IMG/VR virus record: IMGVR_UViG_3300022848_000014
Span: 1 to 64,000 of that record
Direction: 5' to 3' (one strand)
From: a virus
Length of the DNA stretch: 64,000 nucleotides
Shown here: positions 20,660-29,769 of the stretch, piece after piece
Position numbering within the stretch: position 1 is the stretch's first letter
Layout of the letters: each line of letters begins with the position of its first letter
The notes under the pieces: model-generated
What the model saw: the letters and a program-made list of their open reading frames with translations, nothing else
Told to the model about the DNA's origin: nothing
The model's database searches: none
Program-made: the position numbers and the translations under genes

Positions 20660-21585
20660 AGATTGCTCATGTCAAACAACTCCTGATCAGTCATCGGCCT
20701 ACCACCAACTTCCATCTTTGATAAAATATGGCGAATAGGTGTCCTATACAACTTCTCCCCCAGTACAGCATTGCCATCATTCTGCAGCTGTATCTTAAGA
20801 CCCTTGTGCAAAACAACTAAATCACCAGCAGCAACGTCCCCAGTGTCAGGCGCAAAATCCTCGCTGTACCATTCCACTTTCGATCCTACATACCTTACCC
20901 TACCATACTTTACACTCTCCCTATTATTCAAATGGGCTAACATACGGCTCTCACGCATAACCTCATCCTCTACTGGCTCAAACAATACCCAACCATTTAA
21001 CGGGAAAACATCCGTGTCGTCCTTGTCATAAAGCTTCTTCCCCTCTTCAAATATAGCAACCCCCTTAGACCGAAACCTTACAATGAAATCCCTGTAATTT
21101 ACCATGCAGTATAAATCACCTGTCCCAATGTCAATCACTGCACGGTGATCCCCCTTCGCATCTCCTAACCCTAGTGCCTGGGTTATCCCAAGGAAGCGCA
21201 CCAGTACCCTATCTCCTACCTCAACCTCTATTACCCCGAACTGATCGAAATCTGTCCTCTGGTCTTGTGCCTTGGCCAAACGTAAACCATCAGGCAACGA
21301 TACAACCTCTACATACGTAGGTGCCCACTCATTCTGATGAAACTTAGTGTTCACACTCATGGCAAAACCATCTACAGACGACTCTATGATCTCCGTGTCA
21401 CCCCTCGGTACTTTTACCAATACATGATTGTTTATCATCCCCATACCTAAAATGCTATCCAGGGTCATCTCTAAATAACGAGGTCGCTGTATGTCATAAC
21501 TCTTATCCCTACGCTCCTTATACTCCCGCTGATTAACTTCTACCTCAGAACTTAATACACTGTCTTCATCTATTGTTATTCCCAT
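20656..21585 (-). CDS. Tandem GroES-like (Cpn10-fold) protein
   Basis: Two repeats: NNHVLVK...VEVVS...VEVGDRVLV and PLNGWVLFEP...GRVRYVG...VAAGDLVVL. Confidence 0.6.
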   Translation of the reverse strand: MGITIDEDSVLSSEVEVNQREYKERRDKSYDIQRPRYLEMTLDSILGMGMINNHVLVKVPRGDTEIIESSVDGFAMSVNTKFHQNEWAPTYVEVVSLPDGLRLAKAQDQRTDFDQFGVIEVEVGDRVLVRFLGITQALGLGDAKGDHRAVIDIGTGDLYCMVNYRDFIVRFRSKGVAIFEEGKKLYDKDDTDVFPLNGWVLFEPVEDEVMRESRMLAHLNNRESVKYGRVRYVGSKVEWYSEDFAPDTGDVAAGDLVVLHKGLKIQLQNDGNAVLGEKLYRTPIRHILSKMEVGGRPMTDQELFDMSNL

Positions 21586-21601
21586 TGCTATGTTTTTCCT
21601 A

Positions 21602-21609
21602 CAAACATA
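21602..21609 (-). promoter_or_regulatory. Bacteroidota -7 element (TATGTTTG) at the head of the structural operon
   Basis: TAnnTTTG 17 nt upstream of the 21585 start. Confidence 0.5.
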
Positions 21610-22311
21610 CGTTATTGTAACTTATTCACACTTGTAGTATTGCTACAATAGGGTTCCAGACGATACGATTTTATGAGGGGGGTCTAATCATAATAGGGCC
21701 AGGCACCGTGCGCATTGGGGAAACGGCAAACACAGACCCCGCCCCCCGTTTCTGAATGAAGCGATAAAACAAGCGATTTTAAAGCATTCAAGACACCCCA
21801 CGGGTAAAGCGTATAGATAAAGCTGATAGAAGCGATAGAATAGGGTCTCCATCGTGTGTAGAGGCAGCACCCTGCAATTGATAGCCAAGCAGTTAGAAGC
21901 CTACTTAACATAATAGCAATTATGGGACGACCACAATAGCGACAGCAGCAGCACCACCACAGGAAGGGAGCCAATGATATGCGAGAGGCTAACACGTTGA
22001 AGCAAAGCAAGTAACCCTATTCAATACCCTTTAAAACGTAGGCCGTGCCAATCTTGACCTTTGTTTACCTGCTTTGTTTATGTTATGGGATGTAATGAGG
22101 TGGAACGCTTGGCCTACTTAAGGGAGAAGGGCAACCGTGCAAGCCTTAAGACGTTTAAACCTGATCAATTCGCTTTTATTGGTCTTATTATACGTGTTCA
22201 AGTGTTCAATACCTTTATTTCCTGAAGCACGAACAGCCCACCAATAGGGCAACACAGAACGAAAGTAAAATAAATTTTCCTAAACGTTAGGTTTAACCAT
22301 TTAATAAGCCG

Positions 22312-22319
22312 TAGATTTG
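22312..22319 (+). promoter_or_regulatory. Bacteroidota -7 element (TAGATTTG) at the head of the early-type cluster
   Basis: TAnnTTTG upstream of the first plus-strand gene. Confidence 0.5.
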
Positions 22320-22352
22320 TGGATATATTACAAACCGCAAAAACACACACAA

Positions 22353-22574
22353 ATGAAAATTTCCGCAATCAAATTAATTTCCACCTTTTTAGCGTTCACC
22401 TTTACAGCCGCAATTATAATCTACATTATTGCTACAATGGCAAACGGACGCTTTACCAACCCATCTGAATGGAGCGAAGGAAGCCGAATTTTTTGTACAA
22501 TCATTTCATTACTTGGAGGAATGTTGCTTACAGCGTATCACTTCGATATTACTCAATCTGAAAACGAACTTTAA
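22353..22574 (+). CDS. Small membrane protein (2 TM)
   Basis: ATG at 22353 after an A-rich leader; two hydrophobic segments. Confidence 0.65.
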   Translation: MKISAIKLISTFLAFTFTAAIIIYIIATMANGRFTNPSEWSEGSRIFCTIISLLGGMLLTAYHFDITQSENEL

Positions 22575-22602
22575 TAAATACAAACCAACAAACAAATAAA
22601 TT

Positions 22603-22863
22603 ATGAAAAATGCTTTTTTTATTACCGGTCTAATCTTCGCAAGCTTTGCAGCCACTGCGCAAACAATGACAAAGGACGAAAACGGAAATTTCGTTCAGGT
22701 CAAAGCAGAGACAGCCGTACACGACAGCACAACCACACACACGGCCAAATTTAACGGAAAGAAAGATGAACCCGTATACATTGGCAAACGTGGTGGAATG
22801 TATGTAATACGATACGCTAAAAAGTCAGGTAAATTTTACCGCAAGTACTTGAAAAGAGAGTAG
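22603..22863 (+). CDS. Small secreted protein
   Basis: Signal peptide (...FAATA-QT); GKRGGMY.....SG..YRKY motif. Confidence 0.65.
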   Translation: MKNAFFITGLIFASFAATAQTMTKDENGNFVQVKAETAVHDSTTTHTAKFNGKKDEPVYIGKRGGMYVIRYAKKSGKFYRKYLKRE

Positions 22864-22877
22864 AAGCCACTGAAGCC

Positions 22878-22920
22878 ACCACCGCCCCACAATTTAAAAC
22901 GTTGTGGGGTTTTTGGGTGC
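22878..22920 (+). repeat. 43-bp hairpin repeat, copy 1 (similarity to copy 2 extends to ~22952)
   Basis: ACCACCGCCCCACAATTTAAAACGTTGTGGGGTTTTTGGGTGC. Confidence 0.95.
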
Positions 22921-22963
22921 CAGACTTTTGGCAAAAAAACCACAAATAAAAAAACCCAATACC

Positions 22964-23272
22964 ATGCAAGACAAGAGAAGAATAAATTTCGAATTTCACA
23001 ACGAACGCCTAGAGTTAAACCGTTTCGATATTATTGCGCTCGACAAATTAGGTGGAGACTTATTTAGACGCCAAAGCTTTTATGCAGATAACGTTGTTTG
23101 GTTTGATTGCCTTGGCCTATTCAAACTAAACACTAGTGACATGTTTTGTATTTTACAGAATGACAACGAACCAAGCAAATTTTACCAGTTCGACTTCATT
23201 AACGACCTTTTCGATTTGTTGGATGATGAACTGAATGTAATTGAAACGGGCATAAACTTACTAGATATATAA
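22964..23272 (+). CDS. Hypothetical protein
   Basis: ATG at 22964 downstream of repeat copy 1. Confidence 0.6.
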   Translation: MQDKRRINFEFHNERLELNRFDIIALDKLGGDLFRRQSFYADNVVWFDCLGLFKLNTSDMFCILQNDNEPSKFYQFDFINDLFDLLDDELNVIETGINLLDI

Positions 23273-23274
23273 AG

Positions 23275-23415
23275 ATGAACACCAACCTAACAAAACAAGA
23301 AAAAATAATTATTGCACTACTCAGAGGACACCACCTAGAACCCGCAGAGATTGAGATAGCAAAACAACAAGTCCAAGCCCTTAATTTAAACCTAAAAACA
23401 CGAATACCAAGATGA
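23275..23415 (+). CDS. 46-aa hypothetical protein
   Basis: Hand-translated MNTNLTKQEK...; ATGA overlap with the next gene. Confidence 0.5.
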   Translation: MNTNLTKQEKIIIALLRGHHLEPAEIEIAKQQVQALNLNLKTRIPR

Positions 23416-23792
23416 AAAGCAAAGCGATAATTTCCAACATCAAGACATCTATAATGGGCACAATAAAATTCGATATGACCGCAAAAGGTCACAGAGGCAC
23501 ACAAAATTTTATTTGTTATCCGATAACAGAAGAAACCAAATTGATCACAATCCAAAGCGGCAAACGCATTGGAAAATATGACCCCGAGACCGGGATAATA
23601 TTACTATCAAAAAGCCGTGCGAACAGTTCATATTTTCACCATCTTCAAATGGATAATTTAACAGCCGTAGAAATTGACCCGCTAGAAAATCAAGAGTTGA
23701 AGATGAAAATATTCACGACCTCAGGAAAAAAAGTAGGAGAGTCAATAGTGAAATCTAACAACTCAGGAGCCATTAACATCTTTGAGATGTAG
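23412..23792 (+). CDS. Hypothetical protein
   Basis: 126 aa ORF ending just before repeat copy 2. Confidence 0.7.
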   Translation: MKSKAIISNIKTSIMGTIKFDMTAKGHRGTQNFICYPITEETKLITIQSGKRIGKYDPETGIILLSKSRANSSYFHHLQMDNLTAVEIDPLENQELKMKIFTTSGKKVGESIVKSNNSGAINIFEM

Positions 23793-23809
23793 GAGATACT
23801 CAAGCCAAA

Positions 23810-23852
23810 ACCACCGCCCCACAATTTAAAACGTTGTGGGGTTTTTGGGTGC
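23810..23852 (+). repeat. 43-bp hairpin repeat, copy 2
   Basis: Identical to copy 1. Confidence 0.95.
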
Positions 23853-23888
23853 CAGACTTTTGGTAAAAAAACCACAAATAAAATTGAT

Positions 23889-24698
23889 ATGAATACTTCA
23901 AAAATTACCCCAGTGAAAACACTCAAGGCAGGATTAGAAATTTATGAAACTTATAACCAATGGCAAGAAAAAGACGGAGCCTTATATTTTGCGGGAATTG
24001 GAATTATAATAAGCGGAAGAATGCACGAAGCAGACACCGCCTATAATAAAAATTGGCAAAATAAATTCGTTGGCGAATTGCAATTGACATATATCGACCC
24101 CGATAAAAAAATGAGCGAAACGTTCTATACAGAAGGGACTTTCGGAATAACAATTTTTGCCGCAAATTCAGAAGATTTTATTTTGCAGTGTGAGAACTAC
24201 CTTAATAAAAACTTTGAGGGGTTGAAGGAATACTACAGAGAAGCAGACGAAACTGGGAGAATAGTAAGAAAAGTAAGAAAAAGAACGCCTAAGAACACGC
24301 AAACAAATAGACAAATAGGCAAAATAGCCGGGTGCATAGAATACGCATTTAGACAAAGCCACAAAAGAAAATCAGATCGATATGAATTTAAAGATATTGG
24401 AATGGAATCATTAACGGGAGAAGATGCAAAAATGCGAGATTATTACATAAACAGAAGCAACAACAGACGCAACACAGACATAAAATATCAAAATAAACTG
24501 CAAAAATCATTTTTGAATCAATTCGGTTTCACGTTGAAAAGTGTAGTATTTAATTTTAAATTTTGTTTGCATTCTTTCGAAGCCAATCTACTAAAAACAA
24601 AAGGTATAGGAAAAGAAGAAGGGCAAAAACTTAAAGAAGTACTAACCGACAAAGAATTCAGAACAATTCAAAAAGCATTTAGATATTACAATTTCTAA
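23889..24698 (+). CDS. Hypothetical protein
   Basis: 269 aa ORF between repeat copies 2 and 3. Confidence 0.75.
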   Translation: MNTSKITPVKTLKAGLEIYETYNQWQEKDGALYFAGIGIIISGRMHEADTAYNKNWQNKFVGELQLTYIDPDKKMSETFYTEGTFGITIFAANSEDFILQCENYLNKNFEGLKEYYREADETGRIVRKVRKRTPKNTQTNRQIGKIAGCIEYAFRQSHKRKSDRYEFKDIGMESLTGEDAKMRDYYINRSNNRRNTDIKYQNKLQKSFLNQFGFTLKSVVFNFKFCLHSFEANLLKTKGIGKEEGQKLKEVLTDKEFRTIQKAFRYYNF

Positions 24699-24715
24699 AG
24701 ATCTGCTTATTGCAA

Positions 24716-24758
24716 ACCACCGCCCCACAATTTAAAACGTTGTGGGGTTTTCGGGTGC
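24716..24758 (+). repeat. 43-bp hairpin repeat, copy 3
   Basis: One T>C difference from copies 1 and 2. Confidence 0.95.
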
Positions 24759-24778
24759 AAACCCTTAACACTTAAAAA

Positions 24779-25081
24779 ATGGATTCATTCGAAACAAGAT
24801 ACAGCACATTAAAAAAATGTATCAAATTGAGACAACAAGCGGAAAAAAGCGAAAATATTACAGAGGTGCGAAATCTTGTAAATAATATTTTTGAGATTCA
24901 CACGATACACAGCCAACAAATTAAAGCCAAAATAAAAGGGAAAGACTTTACTGATGTTCACGGTTTAGATTTTAATGTTTGGGCATACGATACGGAATAC
25001 GATATAGAGAAAGTTTACTACTCAATCAAAGACAAATACCATTCTTTGCATTGGGATAAATACGGGTATAACGCTTATTGA
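24779..25081 (+). CDS. Hypothetical protein
   Basis: 100 aa ORF between repeat copies 3 and 4. Confidence 0.7.
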   Translation: MDSFETRYSTLKKCIKLRQQAEKSENITEVRNLVNNIFEIHTIHSQQIKAKIKGKDFTDVHGLDFNVWAYDTEYDIEKVYYSIKDKYHSLHWDKYGYNAY

Positions 25082-25095
25082 TTACTAAAGCCGAA

Positions 25096-25138
25096 ACCAC
25101 CGCCCCACAATTTAAAACGTTGTGGGGTTTTCGGGTGC
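25096..25138 (+). repeat. 43-bp hairpin repeat, copy 4
   Basis: Identical to copy 3. Confidence 0.95.
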
Positions 25139-25226
25139 AGGTGCAAGAGCTCAGGAACCAACACCGCACAACATTCTCCAGGCCCGAAGCCAAGACCGCA
25201 TTGAAAAACCCAAAAAACACAATAAA

Positions 25227-25661
25227 ATGCCAAGAATAGAAATTGTAGAATACATTTTACCCTCTCATCTTGCAAACTATCTGATCAATGGAGACGCAGA
25301 CAATTTGACAAGCGAAGAGCAGAAAGAGATTGACGATTTTTGCGAAGAACATGATGTAAGATGTACGGACGCAGACACAGAGAACGACTATTTTAGCCCT
25401 AGCAATGATATGACAGGGTACAGACTAGCGGGAGACGTTTGTAAATTCACATTTGTAAGGAATAACCCAATAGACTACTTTGAAAAGTACGAACTATTGC
25501 CACCAACAGCGAGAGCAATTGTAGGGCTGTTTTCAGATATTCAATCTAACAAGGGACTGTCTTACGAAGATTGTAAATACTTTCTAATGCTAATGGAGCG
25601 AATAGGGTATACATTTGACTATGACTTAAGGGCAGAACCTTTTAATCTCAGATTGATTTAA
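25227..25661 (+). CDS. Acidic early-type phage protein (YILPSHLANYLINGD motif)
   Basis: Start at MPRIEI; motif recurs in small phage/MGE proteins. Confidence 0.6.
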   Translation: MPRIEIVEYILPSHLANYLINGDADNLTSEEQKEIDDFCEEHDVRCTDADTENDYFSPSNDMTGYRLAGDVCKFTFVRNNPIDYFEKYELLPPTARAIVGLFSDIQSNKGLSYEDCKYFLMLMERIGYTFDYDLRAEPFNLRLI

Positions 25662-25677
25662 CCCGAAATAAAGCGAG

Positions 25678-25806
25678 ATGAAAAAAACGACAAAAGCTAT
25701 TTTTGATAGCCTAAAGCAAGAACTTAAGCAAGTCAAGACAACCAAGGATAAAGCACTCATTAAATTTGCGGAAGTGATAATTTTACAGCACAATAAATAC
25801 CTATAA
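25678..25806 (+). CDS. 42-aa hypothetical protein
   Basis: Hand-translated MKKTTKAIFDSLKQ...; fills the gap between genes. Confidence 0.45.
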   Translation: MKKTTKAIFDSLKQELKQVKTTKDKALIKFAEVIILQHNKYL

Positions 25807-25810
25807 AATA

Positions 25811-26098
25811 ATGGAATCAAATACAGAATTATTGAATCTCGAAAAGAAAAAAATCGAATTATTCAACAAAATTGGCAGACGGAAAAAAGAAATGTCTAAG
25901 GAACTGTTCACGCAAAAAGAAATTTTTGAAACGCCACAGATCAATGACAAATTATTTGACTTGTCACCAAGCTTGGAAGCCGGTCAATCTACTCTTCAGG
26001 AATTGAAAGACGAGTACAAAATCATTTCGAGAATTATTGCCGACATCAAAGAGTCTATTCGTCAGAGCAAAAAATGGAAGCAAAGCAGTATTAAATAG
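25811..26098 (+). CDS. Hypothetical coiled-coil protein
   Basis: ORF track; co-oriented cluster. Confidence 0.6.
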   Translation: MESNTELLNLEKKKIELFNKIGRRKKEMSKELFTQKEIFETPQINDKLFDLSPSLEAGQSTLQELKDEYKIISRIIADIKESIRQSKKWKQSSIK

Positions 26099-26154
26099 TT
26101 GTAGTATAGTTACAAATAGTGTATATTCGCATTTATAAACCACAAACGATTGAC

Positions 26155-26403
26155 ATGAAGAAAAAGGAATTTTCAACAAAACCAGCACTTAAAGGACAGT
26201 TAGCACATATCTTTCTCTTTTTTGATGAAGATAATTGTGAGAGAGCAGTTCAATTTCTAAATAGTACAGAAATAGCCGAAATAAGGTTCGCTAAAATATT
26301 TCCGGGCAGAAAAGACCATGACGGGGTAGAGATAGAATGTTATGGGGGTGAGAGGGAAGGATTTGTGCCTGAATTCTTAGAAGCAATGAAACCACAAAAA
26401 TAA
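26155..26403 (+). CDS. Hypothetical protein
   Basis: ATG after an AAACCACAAA leader. Confidence 0.6.
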   Translation: MKKKEFSTKPALKGQLAHIFLFFDEDNCERAVQFLNSTEIAEIRFAKIFPGRKDHDGVEIECYGGEREGFVPEFLEAMKPQK

Positions 26404-26410
26404 GAATACC

Positions 26411-26644
26411 ATGAAAACAGCAAATTTCGTAGAACAAAGGAACCTTTTTGATCAAAAAGATCAAGAAACACAGAAGCGAGAATCTGAAGAAAAAGAGGAA
26501 TACAAAGAACGCCAAACCGCAGCCCACAGTGAAATGAGAGAAGCCATTAATGATGGAATAGCATCTTATGGGGACTTAGAGGATATTTGCCTTGGTCATG
26601 GGGTTGATTGCGACGAAATTGAAATGATCTTACTTGGCTACTAA
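26411..26644 (+). CDS. Hypothetical acidic protein
   Basis: ORF track. Confidence 0.6.
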   Translation: MKTANFVEQRNLFDQKDQETQKRESEEKEEYKERQTAAHSEMREAINDGIASYGDLEDICLGHGVDCDEIEMILLGY

Positions 26645-26717
26645 ATTTGTGTTGGTTGTAAGTCCAATAAATTGTGAACACGGCCCTTCATTGGGTTGTA
26701 AACAAACCACAAATAAC

Positions 26718-27023
26718 ATGAAAATTATAAAAGTAACATACGCAATAAATGGGGCAGAAAGCAATACGGACATTTACCCCACGCATTCCTCTCATTTCAC
26801 GAAGTTTTTTTTCAATTTTGAGATATGTATTCATTCTGAGGATAAGCCAATAGACTCAATTGGAATTCATAATGATATTGTCCTCAGAAGCCACAACGAA
26901 CTCAGGGAATACGCAATCAAAGAAGCCAAAAGTTGGGGACACGAGCATTTTGATATGTATCAAGAGGTATGTATATCGAAGAACTTGAACTTTATTTCAC
27001 ACAACGCTGAATACCACAAATAG
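26718..27023 (+). CDS. Hypothetical protein
   Basis: ATG after an AAACCACAAA leader. Confidence 0.6.
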   Translation: MKIIKVTYAINGAESNTDIYPTHSSHFTKFFFNFEICIHSEDKPIDSIGIHNDIVLRSHNELREYAIKEAKSWGHEHFDMYQEVCISKNLNFISHNAEYHK

Positions 27024-27024
27024 T

Positions 27025-27495
27025 ATGAATAAGCAAATAGAAATATTCGAGGAACTGTACAAATTTGCAGAGATAGATGTTACTTACAAGCGCAGGGTGA
27101 AAGCTAAGGATAGAGTCAAAATAACACAGTCAAGTGACTTTTACAATGGCATTAAACCATATTACGGGGAACAGTTAGAATATAAGGAGAAATTTTTTGT
27201 TGCAGCACTGAATAGGGCTAATAAAATTGTAGCCATCTCAAAAATTTCTGAAGGAGGTATCTCAGGGACAGTAGTTGATCCTAGAATTATAATGCAAATG
27301 TTACTACTTAATAACGCAAGCGCATTTATTATAAGTCATAACCACCCAAGCGGAAGTCTTAATCCAAGTGAGTCGGATATTCACTTAACAGAAAAGCTTA
27401 AAAAAATAGGTAACCTTTTGGAAATTAAATTGCTCGACCACATAATTGCAGCAGAGGAAGGGTACTACTCATTTGCTGATGACGGGAAAATATAA
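27025..27495 (+). CDS. radC: RadC-like JAB-domain protein
   Basis: E.F....LNRANK..., ISEGGISGTVVDPR, HNHPSG...PS..D, LLDHII. Confidence 0.9.
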   Translation: MNKQIEIFEELYKFAEIDVTYKRRVKAKDRVKITQSSDFYNGIKPYYGEQLEYKEKFFVAALNRANKIVAISKISEGGISGTVVDPRIIMQMLLLNNASAFIISHNHPSGSLNPSESDIHLTEKLKKIGNLLEIKLLDHIIAAEEGYYSFADDGKI

Positions 27496-27516
27496 CAACT
27501 CATTAAAACTGAAGAT

Positions 27517-27999
27517 ATGAATGACAATGAATTTAAAACCTACCAATGCGAAGTTGAAGCCTTCTCTGATGTATGGTTATTTATGACACACACACCCGGT
27601 ACAGTTCACGGGTACGAACTGAAAGGTGATGCAAGCGTAGTTGGTAACTTAACACTGCTATTTCATAGTCTACTATCATTGGAAGAGATTAAAGCGATTC
27701 TGAAGGATGTGATGGATGGACACGTAATGGAGAGAACAGTTAAAGAATGGAATGGTGAGAATGACCTTGGCCAGTTCAAGTATCAAGAAATAAAAAACAT
27801 CTTAATAGCAAGAGCCAAAATTTGCGTAGAACGCGGATTTAACCACTTTGTACATGAGATACAGCGACCGCTGGATTACCAAAGAGTGATAAGAGACATA
27901 GGAAAAGATACCAATGGATATATTACCATTTCCTCTTTTCTGAAGCCAACAAAAAACACTAACACTACTGAAATCGTATTCAGAATCATAACAAAATAG
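27517..27999 (+). CDS. Hypothetical protein
   Basis: ORF track. Confidence 0.65.
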   Translation: MNDNEFKTYQCEVEAFSDVWLFMTHTPGTVHGYELKGDASVVGNLTLLFHSLLSLEEIKAILKDVMDGHVMERTVKEWNGENDLGQFKYQEIKNILIARAKICVERGFNHFVHEIQRPLDYQRVIRDIGKDTNGYITISSFLKPTKNTNTTEIVFRIITK

Positions 28000-28068
28000 A
28001 TATGAAAAGTACAAGACAAGCAATTCAATTTTAACGTCAAAATTGAAGCGCAGGACATTAAAGAGTCA

Positions 28069-28488
28069 ATGGTAATGTTGTCCCTATTGACGGCTGAAGA
28101 GACGCGGATGACGAGCGCGACTGAAGCGAATGTTGGCAAGATGTTGCCAGAACACGCATTTCAGGTAATGACTCAAGACCCTGAAGAAAAAGATAGATAT
28201 GTATCACTTATGGAGACACACTACCTTGTTTCGGAAGCCATAGTAGTAATGCGTATGCAAGGGGAAGATACGCAGCCAATAGATTTTCGGGAATTCTACG
28301 ATAATGGAGGTACCGGAATGCTGATGGAGGCAGCTAGACTAATTGCTGAAAGATTTGAAGCGAAATACTCTGACTTCGATTGGAATGCTGAAGTCGATAT
28401 TAATGAACCAAGTTATTGGGAAGCAGTTGAAACATTTGTAGGCCAAACCGATTGGTTGAATATTTACAATAATAACCCGGCAACATAA
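28069..28488 (+). CDS. Hypothetical acidic protein
   Basis: ORF track; start uncertain (see finding at 28002). Confidence 0.6.
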   Translation: MVMLSLLTAEETRMTSATEANVGKMLPEHAFQVMTQDPEEKDRYVSLMETHYLVSEAIVVMRMQGEDTQPIDFREFYDNGGTGMLMEAARLIAERFEAKYSDFDWNAEVDINEPSYWEAVETFVGQTDWLNIYNNNPAT

Positions 28489-28660
28489 TGAGAGGAAAAG
28501 AAAGTATAGCCAAGACCAAGAAGGTAATGGTAGGACTCGGAATTATTGTGATAGGAATCTTTGCACAAGACTACGAAATGGGAGTGGCATTTTGGTTTTT
28601 TCTTGTTGGGATATTTGTAGTAGTTAGCTAAAGAATAATTTTCACTTAATTTGTAAGATA

Positions 28661-28957
28661 ATGACAACAACGAAGTCAATGATCAAAAATACTGATGTTA
28701 GAAATCTAATCGAAACAGCCCGGGACAAGGGTTGTTTCTTTTGGACTGCCAAACTACCATACACAGTTGATATGGTTCAGGAGGTGATAATTGTCAAGAC
28801 TGAAGGAGGACTCAAAGCTATTCGTATGCAAGAGCTCATAATGGAGCCAGAATTTATGAAAGCAGTTGCAGGGTCACAAGAATACTTGTTGCAAAGGTAC
28901 AAGAAGGGATTGTGGACTAATTTTGTTCACGCATTAATAACTCAAGAAGAAAGGTAG
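28661..28957 (+). CDS. Hypothetical protein
   Basis: ORF track. Confidence 0.6.
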   Translation: MTTTKSMIKNTDVRNLIETARDKGCFFWTAKLPYTVDMVQEVIIVKTEGGLKAIRMQELIMEPEFMKAVAGSQEYLLQRYKKGLWTNFVHALITQEER

Positions 28958-29227
28958 ATGATACTCATATTTAGAATTTCGGATGGAAAGCCGATCAAGA
29001 CAGTTACTACACTTAAGGAAGCTTCAGAAGCTACCGGGTGCGATATGGGCAATATCTCAAATATTATCAAGGGTACTATTGACCAGAGTAAGGGCTATAC
29101 ATTCGTAAAGACAGATGGGACTCTGAGCAGAATACTTTGCTCGACATTGGTAGATGATTATTTTAGAATACGGGAGAACAGTCTTAAGGACTACATTTGT
29201 AAAAAACAAAGTGGAAATTATGTTTGA
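28958..29227 (+). CDS. NUMOD1-like HTH DNA-binding protein
   Basis: DGKPIK...TLKEASEATG....NIS..IKG......GYTF. Confidence 0.65.
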   Translation: MILIFRISDGKPIKTVTTLKEASEATGCDMGNISNIIKGTIDQSKGYTFVKTDGTLSRILCSTLVDDYFRIRENSLKDYICKKQSGNYV

Positions 29228-29426
29228 GACATTTGCAAAGAGAAACCCGTCAGAAGGTTTTAAGATGGACGGAGAAAACAAGCTCATTTCCTCCGGGCAC
29301 ACAATAGTAAAAGAAGCAGGTAAAATTGTATGTCAAAAAGACGGACCCTGGGATACCGTGTTTTCCGTTCCCGAAAATATAAGCTACGCACTTTTTGAAA
29401 AACTGATGTTCGAATGTTTAAGTTAG
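29220..29426 (+). CDS. Hypothetical protein
   Basis: ATG overlapping the previous gene end. Confidence 0.5.
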   Translation: MFETFAKRNPSEGFKMDGENKLISSGHTIVKEAGKIVCQKDGPWDTVFSVPENISYALFEKLMFECLS

Positions 29427-29767
29427 ATGAATTCAAAAACCAAAGGAGCCTATTTGCGTCGAAGCGAATAGGCTCTGATGGTAGGAGTGAGTTGAGTGGT
29501 AGAAATATTGACTTGAATAATGTTTGTTGCTACGCACATATTTTACCCAAAGGTTCGTACCCACACTTAAAACTTGTTGCAAAAAACATAATCCTGGTCC
29601 ACCCAGATGAGCACACTATACGAGACCAAGGAACTGTTCAACAAGAAAAACAGTACAAAGAGAGGTACCCCGACACGAATTGGGAGACTTGGGACTTAAG
29701 GAAAGAAGAGATGCTAGAAATTCACGCACTAAACAGTAAGTCCAGAATAGCGTTTGTGAAAAAGTGA
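29414..29767 (+). CDS. NinG/HNH-like nuclease
   Basis: AHILPKG.YP.L.....NI.L....EH...D motif. Confidence 0.6.
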   Translation: MFKLDEFKNQRSLFASKRIGSDGRSELSGRNIDLNNVCCYAHILPKGSYPHLKLVAKNIILVHPDEHTIRDQGTVQQEKQYKERYPDTNWETWDLRKEEMLEIHALNSKSRIAFVKK

Positions 29768-29769
29768 TT

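Noticed and set aside
21684-22010. ORFs 21684-22010 and 21688-21888
   Set aside because: Atypical composition, no leader, lie in the divergent control region
22878-25138. CRISPR array made of the 43-bp repeats
   Set aside because: Spacing is 380-930 bp with whole genes between copies; no cas genes
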